This document shows, piece after piece, positions 1-7,238 of a stretch of 21,832 nt of DNA. How positions within the stretch are numbered: the first letter of the stretch is position 1; each line of letters opens with the position of its first letter. Where the stretch lies: the IMG/VR virus record IMGVR_UViG_2778261247_000008. One strand, written 5' to 3'. The position numbers and the translations under genes are program-made. The notes below the pieces were generated by a model. It was not told the DNA's origin and did not search any database. It worked only from the letters and a program-made list of their open reading frames with translations. This DNA is from a virus. Its lineage: Duplodnaviria > Heunggongvirae > Uroviricota > Caudoviricetes.

Positions 1-755
1 CCAAATTTAAGGTACTGCTCCTCCCCGCAGTGCGGGCAGGCAACATGAAAACGCATAAAATGCGGGGATTCACTGGCAGCACGCTCAATCTGGCAGGTGC
101 CTCTCACTTTGGGCGTGGAGCCACGGATGGACTTTGGCCAGACCGAGCCTTCAATACGCTTGTCGCCCAGGAACGTCGGAGAGCCTTCCTGTTCAATATC
201 ATCATCAAAGGCAGCAAGTTCATCATAACCCGCCACATCCACTGACTTTTCACGGTAGTTTTTTGCCGCTTTACCGCCCAGGCACCAGAAGCCACGCCCA
301 TTGGTGAAACGCTTCATAGTGAGCGTGTTATCCCGGTGCTTTTTGCCATACCACGGGGCCAGCGCCAGCAGCGACGGAATATCACGGATGGTCGGCTCAA
401 CGTGGGTTTTCATAAAGTTTTCGGCATCGCCATCCGTCGGCAACCAGATAAGGGTGTTACGCTGCTTATGCTCTATGAAGTAGGCATAAACACCCAGCAG
501 CATTTTGGAATAACCAACACGGGCAGACTTCACCACATTCACCTCGCGGATGTAGTCGCTGCCCATCGCATTCATGATGGCACGCTGAAAGGGCAGTGTT
601 TCCCAGCGCCCTTCCTGGTATGCGGATTCTTTCGGGAGATAGTAATTGGCATCCGCCCATTCAACGGCGGTCTGTGGCTCCGGCCTGAACAGGGCACGAA
701 GCCCGGCGCGGACAAAATGCCGCAGCCTGTCAACCTGACTGTTCGATATATTCAC
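1..755 (-). CDS. A: terminase large subunit (lambda gpA-like), N-terminal ~251 codons; gene continues beyond window start
   Basis: Minus-strand translation starts at a GTG overlapping the Nu1 3' end (V/M-N-I-S-N-S-Q-V-D-R-L-R-H-F-V-R-A-G-L...) and is still open at position 1 (...H-F-M-R-F-H-V-A-C-P-H-C-G-E-E-Q-Y-L-K-F-G), matching lambda gpA as recalled. Absent from the ORF track because it runs off the edge. Start coordinate +/-1. Confidence 0.88.
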   Translation of the reverse strand, partial: MNISNSQVDRLRHFVRAGLRALFRPEPQTAVEWADANYYLPKESAYQEGRWETLPFQRAIMNAMGSDYIREVNVVKSARVGYSKMLLGVYAYFIEHKQRNTLIWLPTDGDAENFMKTHVEPTIRDIPSLLALAPWYGKKHRDNTLTMKRFTNGRGFWCLGGKAAKNYREKSVDVAGYDELAAFDDDIEQEGSPTFLGDKRIEGSVWPKSIRGSTPKVRGTCQIERAASESPHFMRFHVACPHCGEEQYLKF

Positions 756-1275
756 TCAGCAACCCCGGTATTAGTTCATCCAGCGCGGCTGCTTTGTTCA
801 TGGCTTTGATGATATCCCGCTTCAGGAAATCAATATGCCGGTTATCCAGCTCAGGAAAACGTCGCTGCACCGACAGAGGAATACCGTCGAGAATACTGGA
901 TATTTCCCTTGCTATACGCGACAGCACGAAAGTACAGAATGCGGTTTCCACCACTTCAGCCGATTCTTTGGCATTTTTCAGTTCTTGCGCCGTCGCCTGA
1001 GCACGAGTCAGGCGATGGCGCTCAAATTCAAGTGTTCCGGGGTGAAGATCTGCCTCGCTGGCCAGCCGTAATTCTTCAACCTCCCGGCGCAGCTTTTCGT
1101 TCTCAATTTCAGCATCCCTTTCGGCATACCATTTTATGACGGCGGCAGAGTCATAAAGCACCTCATTACCCTTTCCACCGCCTCGCAGAACGGGCATTCC
1201 CTGCTCCTGCCAGTTCTGAATGGTACGGATACTCGCACCGAAAATGTCAGCCAGCTGCTTTTTGTTGACTTCCAT
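730..1275 (-). CDS. nu1: terminase small subunit (lambda Nu1-like)
   Basis: 181-aa ORF MEVNKKQLADIFGASIRTIQNWQEQGMPVLRGGGKGNEVLYDSAAVIKWY..., near-identical to lambda Nu1 as recalled (winged-HTH N-terminus); overlaps the A start as in lambda. Confidence 0.9.
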   Translation of the reverse strand: MEVNKKQLADIFGASIRTIQNWQEQGMPVLRGGGKGNEVLYDSAAVIKWYAERDAEIENEKLRREVEELRLASEADLHPGTLEFERHRLTRAQATAQELKNAKESAEVVETAFCTFVLSRIAREISSILDGIPLSVQRRFPELDNRHIDFLKRDIIKAMNKAAALDELIPGLLSEYIEQSG

Positions 1276-1279
1276 TGTT

Positions 1280-1464
1280 CATTCCACGGACAAAAACAGA
1301 GAAAGGAAACGACAGAGGCCAAAAGGCCTGTTTTCAGCACCTGTCGTTTCCTTTCTTTTCAGGGGGTGTTTTAAATAAAAACATTAAGTTACGGAGAAGA
1401 AGAACGGAAACGCCTTAAACCGGAAAATTTTCATAAATAGCGAAAACCCGCGCGCCTTCCGCCC
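1280..1464 (-). other. cos region: cosB-like terminase binding sites plus candidate cosN at about 1453..1464
   Basis: Minus-strand reading CGCGGGTTTTCGCTATTTATGAAAATTTTCCGGTTTAAGGCGTTTCCGTTCTTCTTC...GAAAGGAAACGACAGGTGCTGAAAA... is nearly identical to the lambda cosB segment preceding Nu1 as recalled. The 12 nt immediately upstream (GGGCGGAAGGCG) occupy the position of the lambda cohesive end GGGCGGCGACCT. Confidence 0.6.
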
Positions 1465-1529
1465 CGTAGCCTGCCGGATCGCCGGAAAGGACCCGCAAAG
1501 GTGAGAATAATTATCACTTGCATTAATAT

Positions 1530-1706
1530 CCAGCTTCTTCCACCATCGCACCGGACGGGCGACTATGAGGGACAAAACCGCGCACCATAAACGCGGTAAA
1601 AACCCGGTGTGCATCGTTTTTGATTATTTCCGCACACTCGCGCAGAAGGAATTCCCCGTCGGGCTACGGTCATGGTTAATGCGGAAATACGGCGACGATG
1701 CAGCGC
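1530..1706. repeat. direct repeat copy A (~175 bp, ~90% identical to copy B)
   Basis: Aligns with 2481..2656 from ...TTCTTCCACC..ATGAGGGACAAA.. through CGCGGTAAAAACCCGGTGTGCATCGTTTTTGATTATTTCCGCACACTCGCGCAGA.GGA.TTCCCCGTCGGGCTACGGTCATGGTTAATGCGGAAATACGGCGACGATGCAGCGC. Contains the internal inverted repeat ATTTCCGCA/TGCGGAAAT. Confidence 0.8.
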
Positions 1707-1826
1707 ATGATGTGTCAGGCTTGAATACCTTTATCCGTTAAAAGGGATATCAGTTAAGTTATCCCGTGCAGGGTATAAGCCATTATCAAAGCCACTCAGT
1801 AGCGAATGGCTTTTGTAATGGACTAT

Positions 1827-2423
1827 TTAATTAGTGATGCTGCGTGGCTTCATACAAATTTCAGAAATATGATTCTTTTCGTCCAAATGATGCTGGACAT
1901 CATTTTTATCATCACTCAACAACTCTGCTGTTAATACAATCCCTGCTGTCTCAGATTTCCAGGAAATGCTGATATCCTGATCATCTGCATCAACATCATA
2001 TTTTATCGAGTAAGGACTAAAGCTACGTCCAACGAACGCATCATTTACCAGTACACGCCCACCCTGTCTGACCTGAAAGTCAACGCGCCCTGAAAGCTGA
2101 TTTGCTGTTACAAGCAATGCCTTTTTTCTTTTTGTTTTATTGCTCATTGCCACCAACTGTTCAGCCATCTCTCTTGTCACACTACCAGAAACTCTTTCTT
2201 GAATTTTCACAGAAAATTTTCTGGATGTAGTAGCATCGACATTAAAAAATCTGGATGTCATCAGGCAGTTATTAACAATTGGCATCAGCTCACTTACGAT
2301 TGTAAAAAATTCCCGGTAAAGCTCATTTTGCTTTTCAACACACAGCTTTCCACAATCGTCCAGCTTACGCTCAAGAGCACTTAATCTTTCCATTATTGAA
2401 TTAATTTTTTGCAACTCTTTCAT
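1827..2423 (-). CDS. hypothetical protein (198 aa), bracketed by the two direct repeats
   Basis: ATG at 2421..2423 preceded by AGGAGG about 8 nt upstream (MKELQKINSIMERLSALERKLDD...). The longer track ORF 1827..2684 only extends to a GTG inside a palindrome. Confidence 0.5.
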   Translation of the reverse strand: MKELQKINSIMERLSALERKLDDCGKLCVEKQNELYREFFTIVSELMPIVNNCLMTSRFFNVDATTSRKFSVKIQERVSGSVTREMAEQLVAMSNKTKRKKALLVTANQLSGRVDFQVRQGGRVLVNDAFVGRSFSPYSIKYDVDADDQDISISWKSETAGIVLTAELLSDDKNDVQHHLDEKNHISEICMKPRSITN

Positions 2424-2445
2424 CAAAACCTCCTGACAAAGATAC

Positions 2446-2465
2446 CGTGCGACCACGGTCGCACG
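2446..2465. other. sopC-like palindrome (candidate partition centromere / SopB-ParB binding site)
   Basis: CGTGCGACC-AC-GGTCGCACG, perfect 9-bp arms with 2-bp spacer. Core TGCGACCACGGTCGCA differs from the F-plasmid sopC repeat TGGGACCACGGTCCCA (as recalled) at one symmetric position. Confidence 0.55.
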
Positions 2466-2480
2466 CTCCTGAATACATGC

Positions 2481-2656
2481 CCTGTTTCTTCCACCCTCGC
2501 ACAGGACTGGCGAGCATGAGGGACAAACCCGCGAATCATTAGCGCGGTAAAAACCCGGTGTGCATCGTTTTTGATTATTTCCGCACACTCGCGCAGAGGA
2601 GTTCCCCGTCGGGCTACGGTCATGGTTAATGCGGAAATACGGCGACGATGCAGCGC
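2481..2656. repeat. direct repeat copy B (~175 bp)
   Basis: See copy A. Copy B is bracketed by the sopC-like palindromes at 2446..2465 and 2666..2685. Confidence 0.8.
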
Positions 2657-2665
2657 GGTATTTAA

Positions 2666-2685
2666 TGTGCGACCACGGTCGCACA
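2666..2685. other. sopC-like palindrome (candidate partition centromere site)
   Basis: TGTGCGACC-AC-GGTCGCACA, perfect 9-bp arms. Confidence 0.55.
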
Positions 2686-2703
2686 CGAGAAACAAAGAGA
2701 TTT

Positions 2704-3015
2704 TTATGCTACAGAGGAACAAGCTGGCGGGTAATTCAGCGTAGTGAATACCGGCATCTCCATCTTGTATGCGTAATGATACTCAGCAGTTGCTCCAGCA
2801 GACGCTTTCCAGCCAGGAAGCATCAAAATAGCATCAGCACAACGAAGCATTGCAAAGCAAATATCCATGTATTCACGTTGTGTCAGACCATTAGGCAAAG
2901 TGGCTGGATTCAAGACAGAGTGACCATGTCGTGACAAACGATCTGCCTCTTTATTAAAGGCGTCACGATTAAAGTTCTCATATCCAGTCATTGGCCCGGC
3001 AATATAAATTTTCAT
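2704..3015 (-). CDS. DUF4406-like protein (nucleoside 2-deoxyribosyltransferase-like fold)
   Basis: 103-aa ORF MKIYIAGPMTGYENFNRDAFNKEADRLSRHGHSVLNPATL...AILMLPGWKASAGATAEY..MPVF, matching the recalled DUF4406 pattern (MKIY.AGP.TG ... V.NP ... LPGW..S.GA). Confidence 0.6.
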   Translation of the reverse strand: MKIYIAGPMTGYENFNRDAFNKEADRLSRHGHSVLNPATLPNGLTQREYMDICFAMLRCADAILMLPGWKASAGATAEYHYAYKMEMPVFTTLNYPPACSSVA

Positions 3016-3056
3016 TCACTATCCAACAAATTGAGTTCGTTTTTGATACAGAGGGA

Positions 3057-3524
3057 TTAATTCGGGCATTGCGTCTTGATGTATTCCTGAAGCGTTCTCA
3101 GTGCTGTCTGGTCTCTGATGATTCCGTCCCGGATACCGAGAACGTTTCGTCCAGCAACTGGAGAGAGTTCGACGGTGGCATCATTGCCCATGCCGGAGGC
3201 GCTGGAGGTTTCGGCTGAGGATGGCACAGAGCATTTTCCTTTGACGAGCACCCGACCACCATTATCAAGCTTGCGCCGAAGAGCATCATTTTCAGCTTTC
3301 GCATCAGCCAACTCCTTCGTGTATTTTGCATCGAGCGCAGCAACATCACGCTGACGCTGCTGCATGTCAGCGATGGTGGCGGTCGCCTGCTTCAGCTCAC
3401 TGACTTTTTTATCACGCTGTTCTTTGTAGGCGATGGCGTTATCACGGTAATGATTAACAGCCCACGACAGGCAGACGATGATGCAGATAACCAGTGCGGA
3501 GATAATTGCGGTTACTCTGCTCAT
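3057..3524 (-). CDS. Rz: i-spanin Rz
   Basis: From internal ATG: [37 protein letters not shown]..., near-identical to the lambda Rz N-terminus as recalled. N-terminal TM anchor; ATGA overlap with the endolysin stop. Confidence 0.85.
   Translation of the reverse strand: MSRVTAIISALVICIIVCLSWAVNHYRDNAIAYKEQRDKKVSELKQATATIADMQQRQRDVAALDAKYTKELADAKAENDALRRKLDNGGRVLVKGKCSVPSSAETSSASGMGNDATVELSPVAGRNVLGIRDGIIRDQTALRTLQEYIKTQCPN
3098..3304 (-). CDS. Rz1: o-spanin Rz1 (lipoprotein embedded in Rz, +1 frame)
   Basis: [21 protein letters not shown]... with lipobox (VVGC) and proline-rich stretch [16 protein letters not shown]. Start taken at the Met matching lambda Rz1 MLKLKMML; track ORF 3098..3349 includes an upstream extension. 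Confidence 0.7.
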   Translation of the reverse strand: MRKLKMMLFGASLIMVVGCSSKENALCHPQPKPPAPPAWAMMPPSNSLQLLDETFSVSGTESSETRQH

Positions 3525-4021
3525 TGCTGCCCCCACAAACAGACTTCACGCTCAATCTCACGGCGAGTCATCAGCCCTTTCCATTGCTTACCGCCAGCAT
3601 ATGTCCAGCGACGTAGTTGATCACATGCACCTTTGATATCGCCCTGGTTGATTTTGCGAAGAAGTGTCGATGTTCTGAAATTGCCTGCACCCACGTTGTA
3701 AACGAACGAGTAAAGAGCACCACGCGTTGTTTCCGGTATATCGACTTTGATGTACGGGTTAATTTGTCTGGCGACAGTAGCAAGGTCTTTATTCAGGAGA
3801 GCTTTGCATTCTGCTTCGGTATACGTTTTACCGAGCATAATGTCTTTTCCTGTATGCCCGTAACATACAGTCCATACACCAACGATGTCTTTGTAGGGGT
3901 TATGTCTCACACCTTCCAGACCATCGTTGCCGCTCGGACCAGAGATGAGCACAGATGCTATGGCAATAGCCCCGCCACCAATAGCAGTTGCGACAGCTTT
4001 GCGTAATGATGACTGCATCAT
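3521..4021 (-). CDS. R: SAR endolysin (phage 21 R-type lysozyme)
   Basis: 166 aa with N-terminal signal-anchor-release segment ([20 protein letters not shown]) followed by a lysozyme domain; near-identical to phage 21 R as recalled. Confidence 0.88.
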   Translation of the reverse strand: MMQSSLRKAVATAIGGGAIAIASVLISGPSGNDGLEGVRHNPYKDIVGVWTVCYGHTGKDIMLGKTYTEAECKALLNKDLATVARQINPYIKVDIPETTRGALYSFVYNVGAGNFRTSTLLRKINQGDIKGACDQLRRWTYAGGKQWKGLMTRREIEREVCLWGQQ

Positions 4022-4290
4022 ATTTCCTTCGGTGCTCTCTTTCCCAATTCACCAATAACCATCGCCGTGGCGGAAATATTATTGGCATCAGTTTTATCCA
4101 ATATGTCCTGCAATATCTTCGTGCGCTTCATCTGCTCGCGTTTATTGAGCCGGTATGTAAGTACACCGAGGATAATGCTGAACGCGACACCGATAATGAA
4201 GCCCCAATCCTGCAATGACAGGCTGGCAAAGAACGCAGTAAGACCAGCACTACCATAAGATGCGCTGCTGTATCGTTCATCCATCTTCAT
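4018..4290 (-). CDS. S: holin, pinholin (S21-like) with MKM dual-start motif
   Basis: 90 aa, MKMDER..., weakly hydrophobic TMD1 ([16 protein letters not shown]) plus TMD2 ([18 protein letters not shown]), similar to phage 21 S68 as recalled. GAGGT RBS; ATGA overlap with the endolysin start. Confidence 0.7.
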   Translation of the reverse strand: MKMDERYSSASYGSAGLTAFFASLSLQDWGFIIGVAFSIILGVLTYRLNKREQMKRTKILQDILDKTDANNISATAMVIGELGKRAPKEI

Positions 4291-4385
4291 ATCTCTTACC
4301 TCGCAATAGTTGCTGAGGTTTCGGCTTGGAAACTATACGGCGAGAAATAACCCCATCAAAAACGGCAGGGGAATATATTCTTCAG

Positions 4386-5507
4386 TTACTCAAATAACTT
4401 TTTCACTTCATCAACTGTCTGAAGATAACGTTCACCCTCAATCTCAATACCGATTGCCTGACGACCTAACTTCAGCGCGGCTTTAATAGTAGAGCCTGAT
4501 CCCATAAAGAAATCGGCAACGATATCTCCGGGGCGGGAACTACTTTTTATAATATGTTCCATCATCGCTGCAGGTTTTTCACATGGGTGCTTGCCAGGAT
4601 AATATTGCACAGGAGGAAACTCCCATACATCGGTATAAGGTACATCAGCAGTAACATGAAATGGGCGGCGCAAATTTTCATACTGAGCCTTCAAATCATC
4701 ATACTGCTTCTTTACTTCCTCATAACGCAATTTCAGATCGCTATAACGCTTTTCATGTTCTGAATAATCAACATTAAAAGGATATGGACACGGGACACCG
4801 AGTGAATCTGCCTTCCTGCGAAATAATTCGCATAGTTTATTAAAATCACTTAATGATGGAAGCCGCCACTGCGAATAAGAAAACCAGTGCGAACACATCT
4901 GCTTTCCTGTTGCTGAATTAATGTCTGCGGCTGATATATCTAACTGACGGCGAGCCAGCGAAAAAGCATCAATTAGTGGAGAAAAAATATTTTTTCTTAA
5001 ATCTGCACATTTTGAAGCATAACCTGACTGACCTTTAGCATAACCTGACGCGCCGTAATGCTCTGCAAATAATATTCTTTCAGTGGCAGGAAAATAAGCC
5101 CTTAAACTTTCTTTATGACAACCGCGCCACATACCACTGGGTTTAGCCCAAATGATATGGTTCAGAACATTGAAACGGTCGCGAGTTAATAATTCAATTT
5201 TTGACGCAAGGCGAGAGCCGGTAAACATATACAGGCTGCCATTAGGGGCCAATATCCGCCAAAATTCTGCCAAAAATTCATCAATCCACCCCAAAAAGTC
5301 AGCATCGCTATCCCACTGGTTATCCCATGCGTTAGCCTTTACGCCGAAGTATGGTGGGTCTGTTGCAATCAAATTGACCGAGTTATCAGGGATGGTTTTG
5401 ATAAATTGCAGAGAATCTGCGCAAACGAGTTGCGCGCCATGAATATTAGTGGTTTTGAACATAGCTATTATTTTTTTGCCTGGGTAAGCTAACCCGGCGA
5501 TGCGCAT
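4386..5507 (-). CDS. orphan DNA methyltransferase (beta-class N6-adenine/N4-cytosine, DPPY motif)
   Basis: Motif IV ATDPPYF near the N-terminus, AdoMet motif I DFFMGSGST near the C-terminus, coiled-coil middle. No adjacent restriction endonuclease gene. True start may be the internal ATG at 5460..5462 (MFKTTNIHG...). Confidence 0.85.
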   Translation of the reverse strand: MRIAGLAYPGKKIIAMFKTTNIHGAQLVCADSLQFIKTIPDNSVNLIATDPPYFGVKANAWDNQWDSDADFLGWIDEFLAEFWRILAPNGSLYMFTGSRLASKIELLTRDRFNVLNHIIWAKPSGMWRGCHKESLRAYFPATERILFAEHYGASGYAKGQSGYASKCADLRKNIFSPLIDAFSLARRQLDISAADINSATGKQMCSHWFSYSQWRLPSLSDFNKLCELFRRKADSLGVPCPYPFNVDYSEHEKRYSDLKLRYEEVKKQYDDLKAQYENLRRPFHVTADVPYTDVWEFPPVQYYPGKHPCEKPAAMMEHIIKSSSRPGDIVADFFMGSGSTIKAALKLGRQAIGIEIEGERYLQTVDEVKKLFE

Positions 5508-5554
5508 CGCGGGTGGGCTTTAGGTTCAGCCTATAGCTCTGGCATGGGTTGACC

Positions 5555-5580
5555 GCAGGACAAGCTGCAACTTGTCCTGC
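5555..5580. promoter_or_regulatory. perfect 10-bp stem / 6-nt loop hairpin in the methylase leader
   Basis: GCAGGACAAG-CTGCAA-CTTGTCCTGC, about 50-75 nt upstream of the methylase start. Confidence 0.4.
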
Positions 5581-5597
5581 GCCCACTTTTCAGGCAC

Positions 5598-5620
5598 AAA
5601 AAAACCGCCATAAAGGCGGC
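5598..5620 (-). terminator. intrinsic terminator candidate (tR'-like) upstream of the methylase-lysis operon
   Basis: Minus strand: GCCGCC-TTTAT-GGCGG followed by TTTTTTT. Confidence 0.45.
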
Positions 5621-5658
5621 TTGTTGGCTGTTGGGTACAAAAAACCCAACTTAACAAA

Positions 5659-5687
5659 ACAATAACTAAAAACCGTAATTTTGCCAA
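5659..5687 (-). promoter_or_regulatory. candidate sigma70 promoter (possible late promoter)
   Basis: Minus strand TTGGCA-17 nt-TATTGT, followed by hairpin GTTGGGT..ACCCAAC and the terminator above; layout resembles lambdoid pR'-tR'. Confidence 0.3.
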
Positions 5688-5704
5688 GCTTTTTCGTTTT
5701 TGTG

Positions 5705-5726
5705 CTGTGCGACCACGGTCGCACAG
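5705..5726. other. sopC-like palindrome (candidate centromere site), immediately upstream of the candidate late promoter
   Basis: CTGTGCGACC-AC-GGTCGCACAG, 10-bp perfect arms. Confidence 0.55.
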
Positions 5727-5729
5727 TTT

Positions 5730-5957
5730 TTAGAAAGTTGCCTGCTTATATTCATCGGTCAAAGAATATCGACCAGACCCGCTACGCTTTGCAACCCCAA
5801 AACAGATCATCTGTTCGATGATAAATTCAACGGCAGCTTGACTCAAAAAACAGGCTTCGCTTAACTCTTTCAGGGAAATGCGTGGGTATCCACGCATAAC
5901 ACATTCCACACTCAGGGCCGCTTCAGTCATATTTCCACGAATTTCATTAATATTCAT
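5730..5957 (-). CDS. hypothetical protein (75 aa)
   Basis: ORF MNINEIRGNMTEAALSVECVMRGYPRISLKELSEACFLSQAAVEFIIEQ...; codirectional with the late block. Confidence 0.4.
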   Translation of the reverse strand: MNINEIRGNMTEAALSVECVMRGYPRISLKELSEACFLSQAAVEFIIEQMICFGVAKRSGSGRYSLTDEYKQATF

Positions 5958-5970
5958 AACGCCTCTCTAA

Positions 5971-6210
5971 TCAATCTTGAAACTGGAAATCAACATCAGC
6001 CATAAAGCGGTTCAACTCAGCCAGTTTTGGCCCCATAGTCCCAACTAAGCGACCAGCCAGTCGGTCTGCCAGGTTGGTACTGTTGAAACCATATTCCTTT
6101 TCGAAACGTTCAACCTTCTGCCACAACTCATACAGTTCGTTAGCTATCTCCGCAACGTCGTCGCGCATTTTTTCGTTACCTTGATAATTCATAATATCCT
6201 CCAAATTCAT
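5971..6210 (-). CDS. hypothetical protein (79 aa)
   Basis: ORF MNLEDIMNYQGNEKMRDDVAEIANELYELWQKVERFEKEYGF... Confidence 0.4.
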   Translation of the reverse strand: MNLEDIMNYQGNEKMRDDVAEIANELYELWQKVERFEKEYGFNSTNLADRLAGRLVGTMGPKLAELNRFMADVDFQFQD

Positions 6211-6281
6211 ATAGTTAGTGGGTTATTGCCCCTCAATGACACGAACTGTAACTCTGCCAAACGAACACATCCAGTGTTATT

Positions 6282-6299
6282 TTTCACTTTTTAGTGAAA
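6282..6299. promoter_or_regulatory. inverted repeat, candidate operator in the divergent promoter region upstream of the toxin-antitoxin pair
   Basis: TTTCACT-TTTT-AGTGAAA about 60 bp upstream of the toxin start. Confidence 0.3.
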
Positions 6300-6357
6300 T
6301 TTTTAATTTGCGCTTTTTTCTTGTTTTGGTGTATTTTATGGCTATGGAGGCTATAAT

Positions 6358-6669
6358 ATGTTTAACGTGATAACCCACCCTGCAGCACTGGATGAACTGC
6401 TTGAACTACCAGATGATTTGCGAGGTCGCATGACCAGATTAATTGAGCGACTGGAGAAGGAAGGCAACAAACTGAAGATGCCCCATAGCCGTGTAATAGG
6501 TGGAGGGCTTTTTGAACTACGAGTAGGGGATAAAAACATCGCAAGAACGCTGTACGCCTACGCGACTGGTAACGAAATTTATCTATTGCATGCATTTGTA
6601 AAAAAGACACAGAAAACACCGGTGAAGGCTATCGAAATCGCCAGAACTCGCCTGAAGGAGATGAACTGA
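6358..6669 (+). CDS. higB: type II toxin, RelE/HigB superfamily (Gp49-like)
   Basis: 103 aa; GGAGG RBS; toxin-first order with a 1-nt overlap (TGATG) to a downstream XRE-HTH gene. Sequence MFNVITHPAALDELLELPDDLRGRMTRLIERLEKEGNKL... fits the Gp49/HigB-like family as recalled. Confidence 0.7.
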   Translation: MFNVITHPAALDELLELPDDLRGRMTRLIERLEKEGNKLKMPHSRVIGGGLFELRVGDKNIARTLYAYATGNEIYLLHAFVKKTQKTPVKAIEIARTRLKEMN

Positions 6670-6956
6670 TGAAAGCGAAAGGCATCCCGTTTAACGAAGT
6701 AAAAGAAAAACTTCTCAACACTCCAGAAGCCATCAAAGGATATGAAGAGGCCGATAAAGAGCTGGAGATGGTCGAAATGTTATACGAAATGAGGGAAAGA
6801 GCAGGTTTAACGAAATCAGCTCTGGCTGAACGAATGGGGTTGCGACCGTCAGCCATCAGCCGCCTGGAAAGCAATCCTTTAGGGGCAAGTATGAAAACTT
6901 TGGCTAAATATGCTCATGCCTGCGGCGCAACCATCGATATTCGCGCTGTTTATTAA
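6669..6956 (+). CDS. higA: type II antitoxin, XRE-family HTH (HigA-like)
   Basis: 95 aa with HTH (GLTKSALAERMGLRPSAISRLE); translationally coupled to the upstream toxin. Confidence 0.7.
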   Translation: MKAKGIPFNEVKEKLLNTPEAIKGYEEADKELEMVEMLYEMRERAGLTKSALAERMGLRPSAISRLESNPLGASMKTLAKYAHACGATIDIRAVY

Positions 6957-6998
6957 TTAGACTCTTTTACTACCCCGTCCAGAAGGGCGGGGTGTGCA

Positions 6999-7202
6999 TC
7001 AATGATGTGAACGCTCAACAGCGATAGTTTTCTGACAATGCTGGGCAATCTCTCGCGACATGTTGATGAGTCGTGAAACCTCACCAATATGTAGGCTGGC
7101 TTCTGGAGAAGCCAGGGTGACGCTAACCAGATCCAGAACGGCGTCAATATCTCTCAAATTTGAATCGAGTTGTTCAAGAGTTGATACGGCTGCTTCAGAC
7201 AT
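6999..7202 (-). CDS. small hypothetical protein (67 aa) preceded by a LexA box; candidate SOS-induced effector such as an antirepressor
   Basis: ORF MSEAAVSTLEQLDSNLRDIDAVLDLVSVTLASPEASLHIGEVSRLINMSREIAQ.... Consensus LexA box about 40 bp upstream; GC hairpin 6973..6992 just downstream. Confidence 0.4.
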   Translation of the reverse strand: MSEAAVSTLEQLDSNLRDIDAVLDLVSVTLASPEASLHIGEVSRLINMSREIAQHCQKTIAVERSHH

Positions 7203-7238
7203 TAAATCTCATACCATTTAACTAAAAAAGGTTTTTTA

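Noticed and set aside
30-1139. Plus-strand ORFs (30..245, 336..809, 794..1000, 835..1071, 909..1139) antisense to terminase genes
   Set aside because: The opposite strand encodes Nu1 and gpA, near-identical to lambda; the antisense frames are chance open frames.
1530-2656. The ~175-bp repeats as tRNA genes or a retron msr/msd
   Set aside because: No T-loop (GTTCRANYC) or cloverleaf could be built, and there is no reverse transcriptase gene in the window.
1827-2684. 285-aa track ORF extending upstream of the 198-aa gene
   Set aside because: The extension starts at a GTG inside the palindrome at 2667..2684 (giving MRPWSH) and reads through repeat copy B. A proper ATG with an AGGAGG RBS exists at 2421..2423.
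2423-2722. 99-aa minus-strand ORF spanning repeat copy B and both flanking palindromes
   Set aside because: No RBS, it lies entirely within repeat and palindrome sequence, and it overlaps better-supported genes.
3305-3349. N-terminal 15 codons of the 83-aa track ORF for Rz1
   Set aside because: Rz1 most likely starts at the Met matching lambda Rz1 (MRKLKMML...), giving 3098..3304.
4291-6357. Lambda-like Q antiterminator gene immediately upstream of the late promoter and lysis genes
   Set aside because: The ORFs adjacent to the methylase are only 75 and 79 aa; the only Q-sized candidate is several kb away next to cro, as in N15-type genomes.
6973-6992. Hairpin CCCCGTCC-AGAA-GGGCGGGG as a canonical terminator
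   Set aside because: No U-tract follows on either strand, and on the minus strand it contains a C-A mismatch; kept only as a possible stabilising hairpin.
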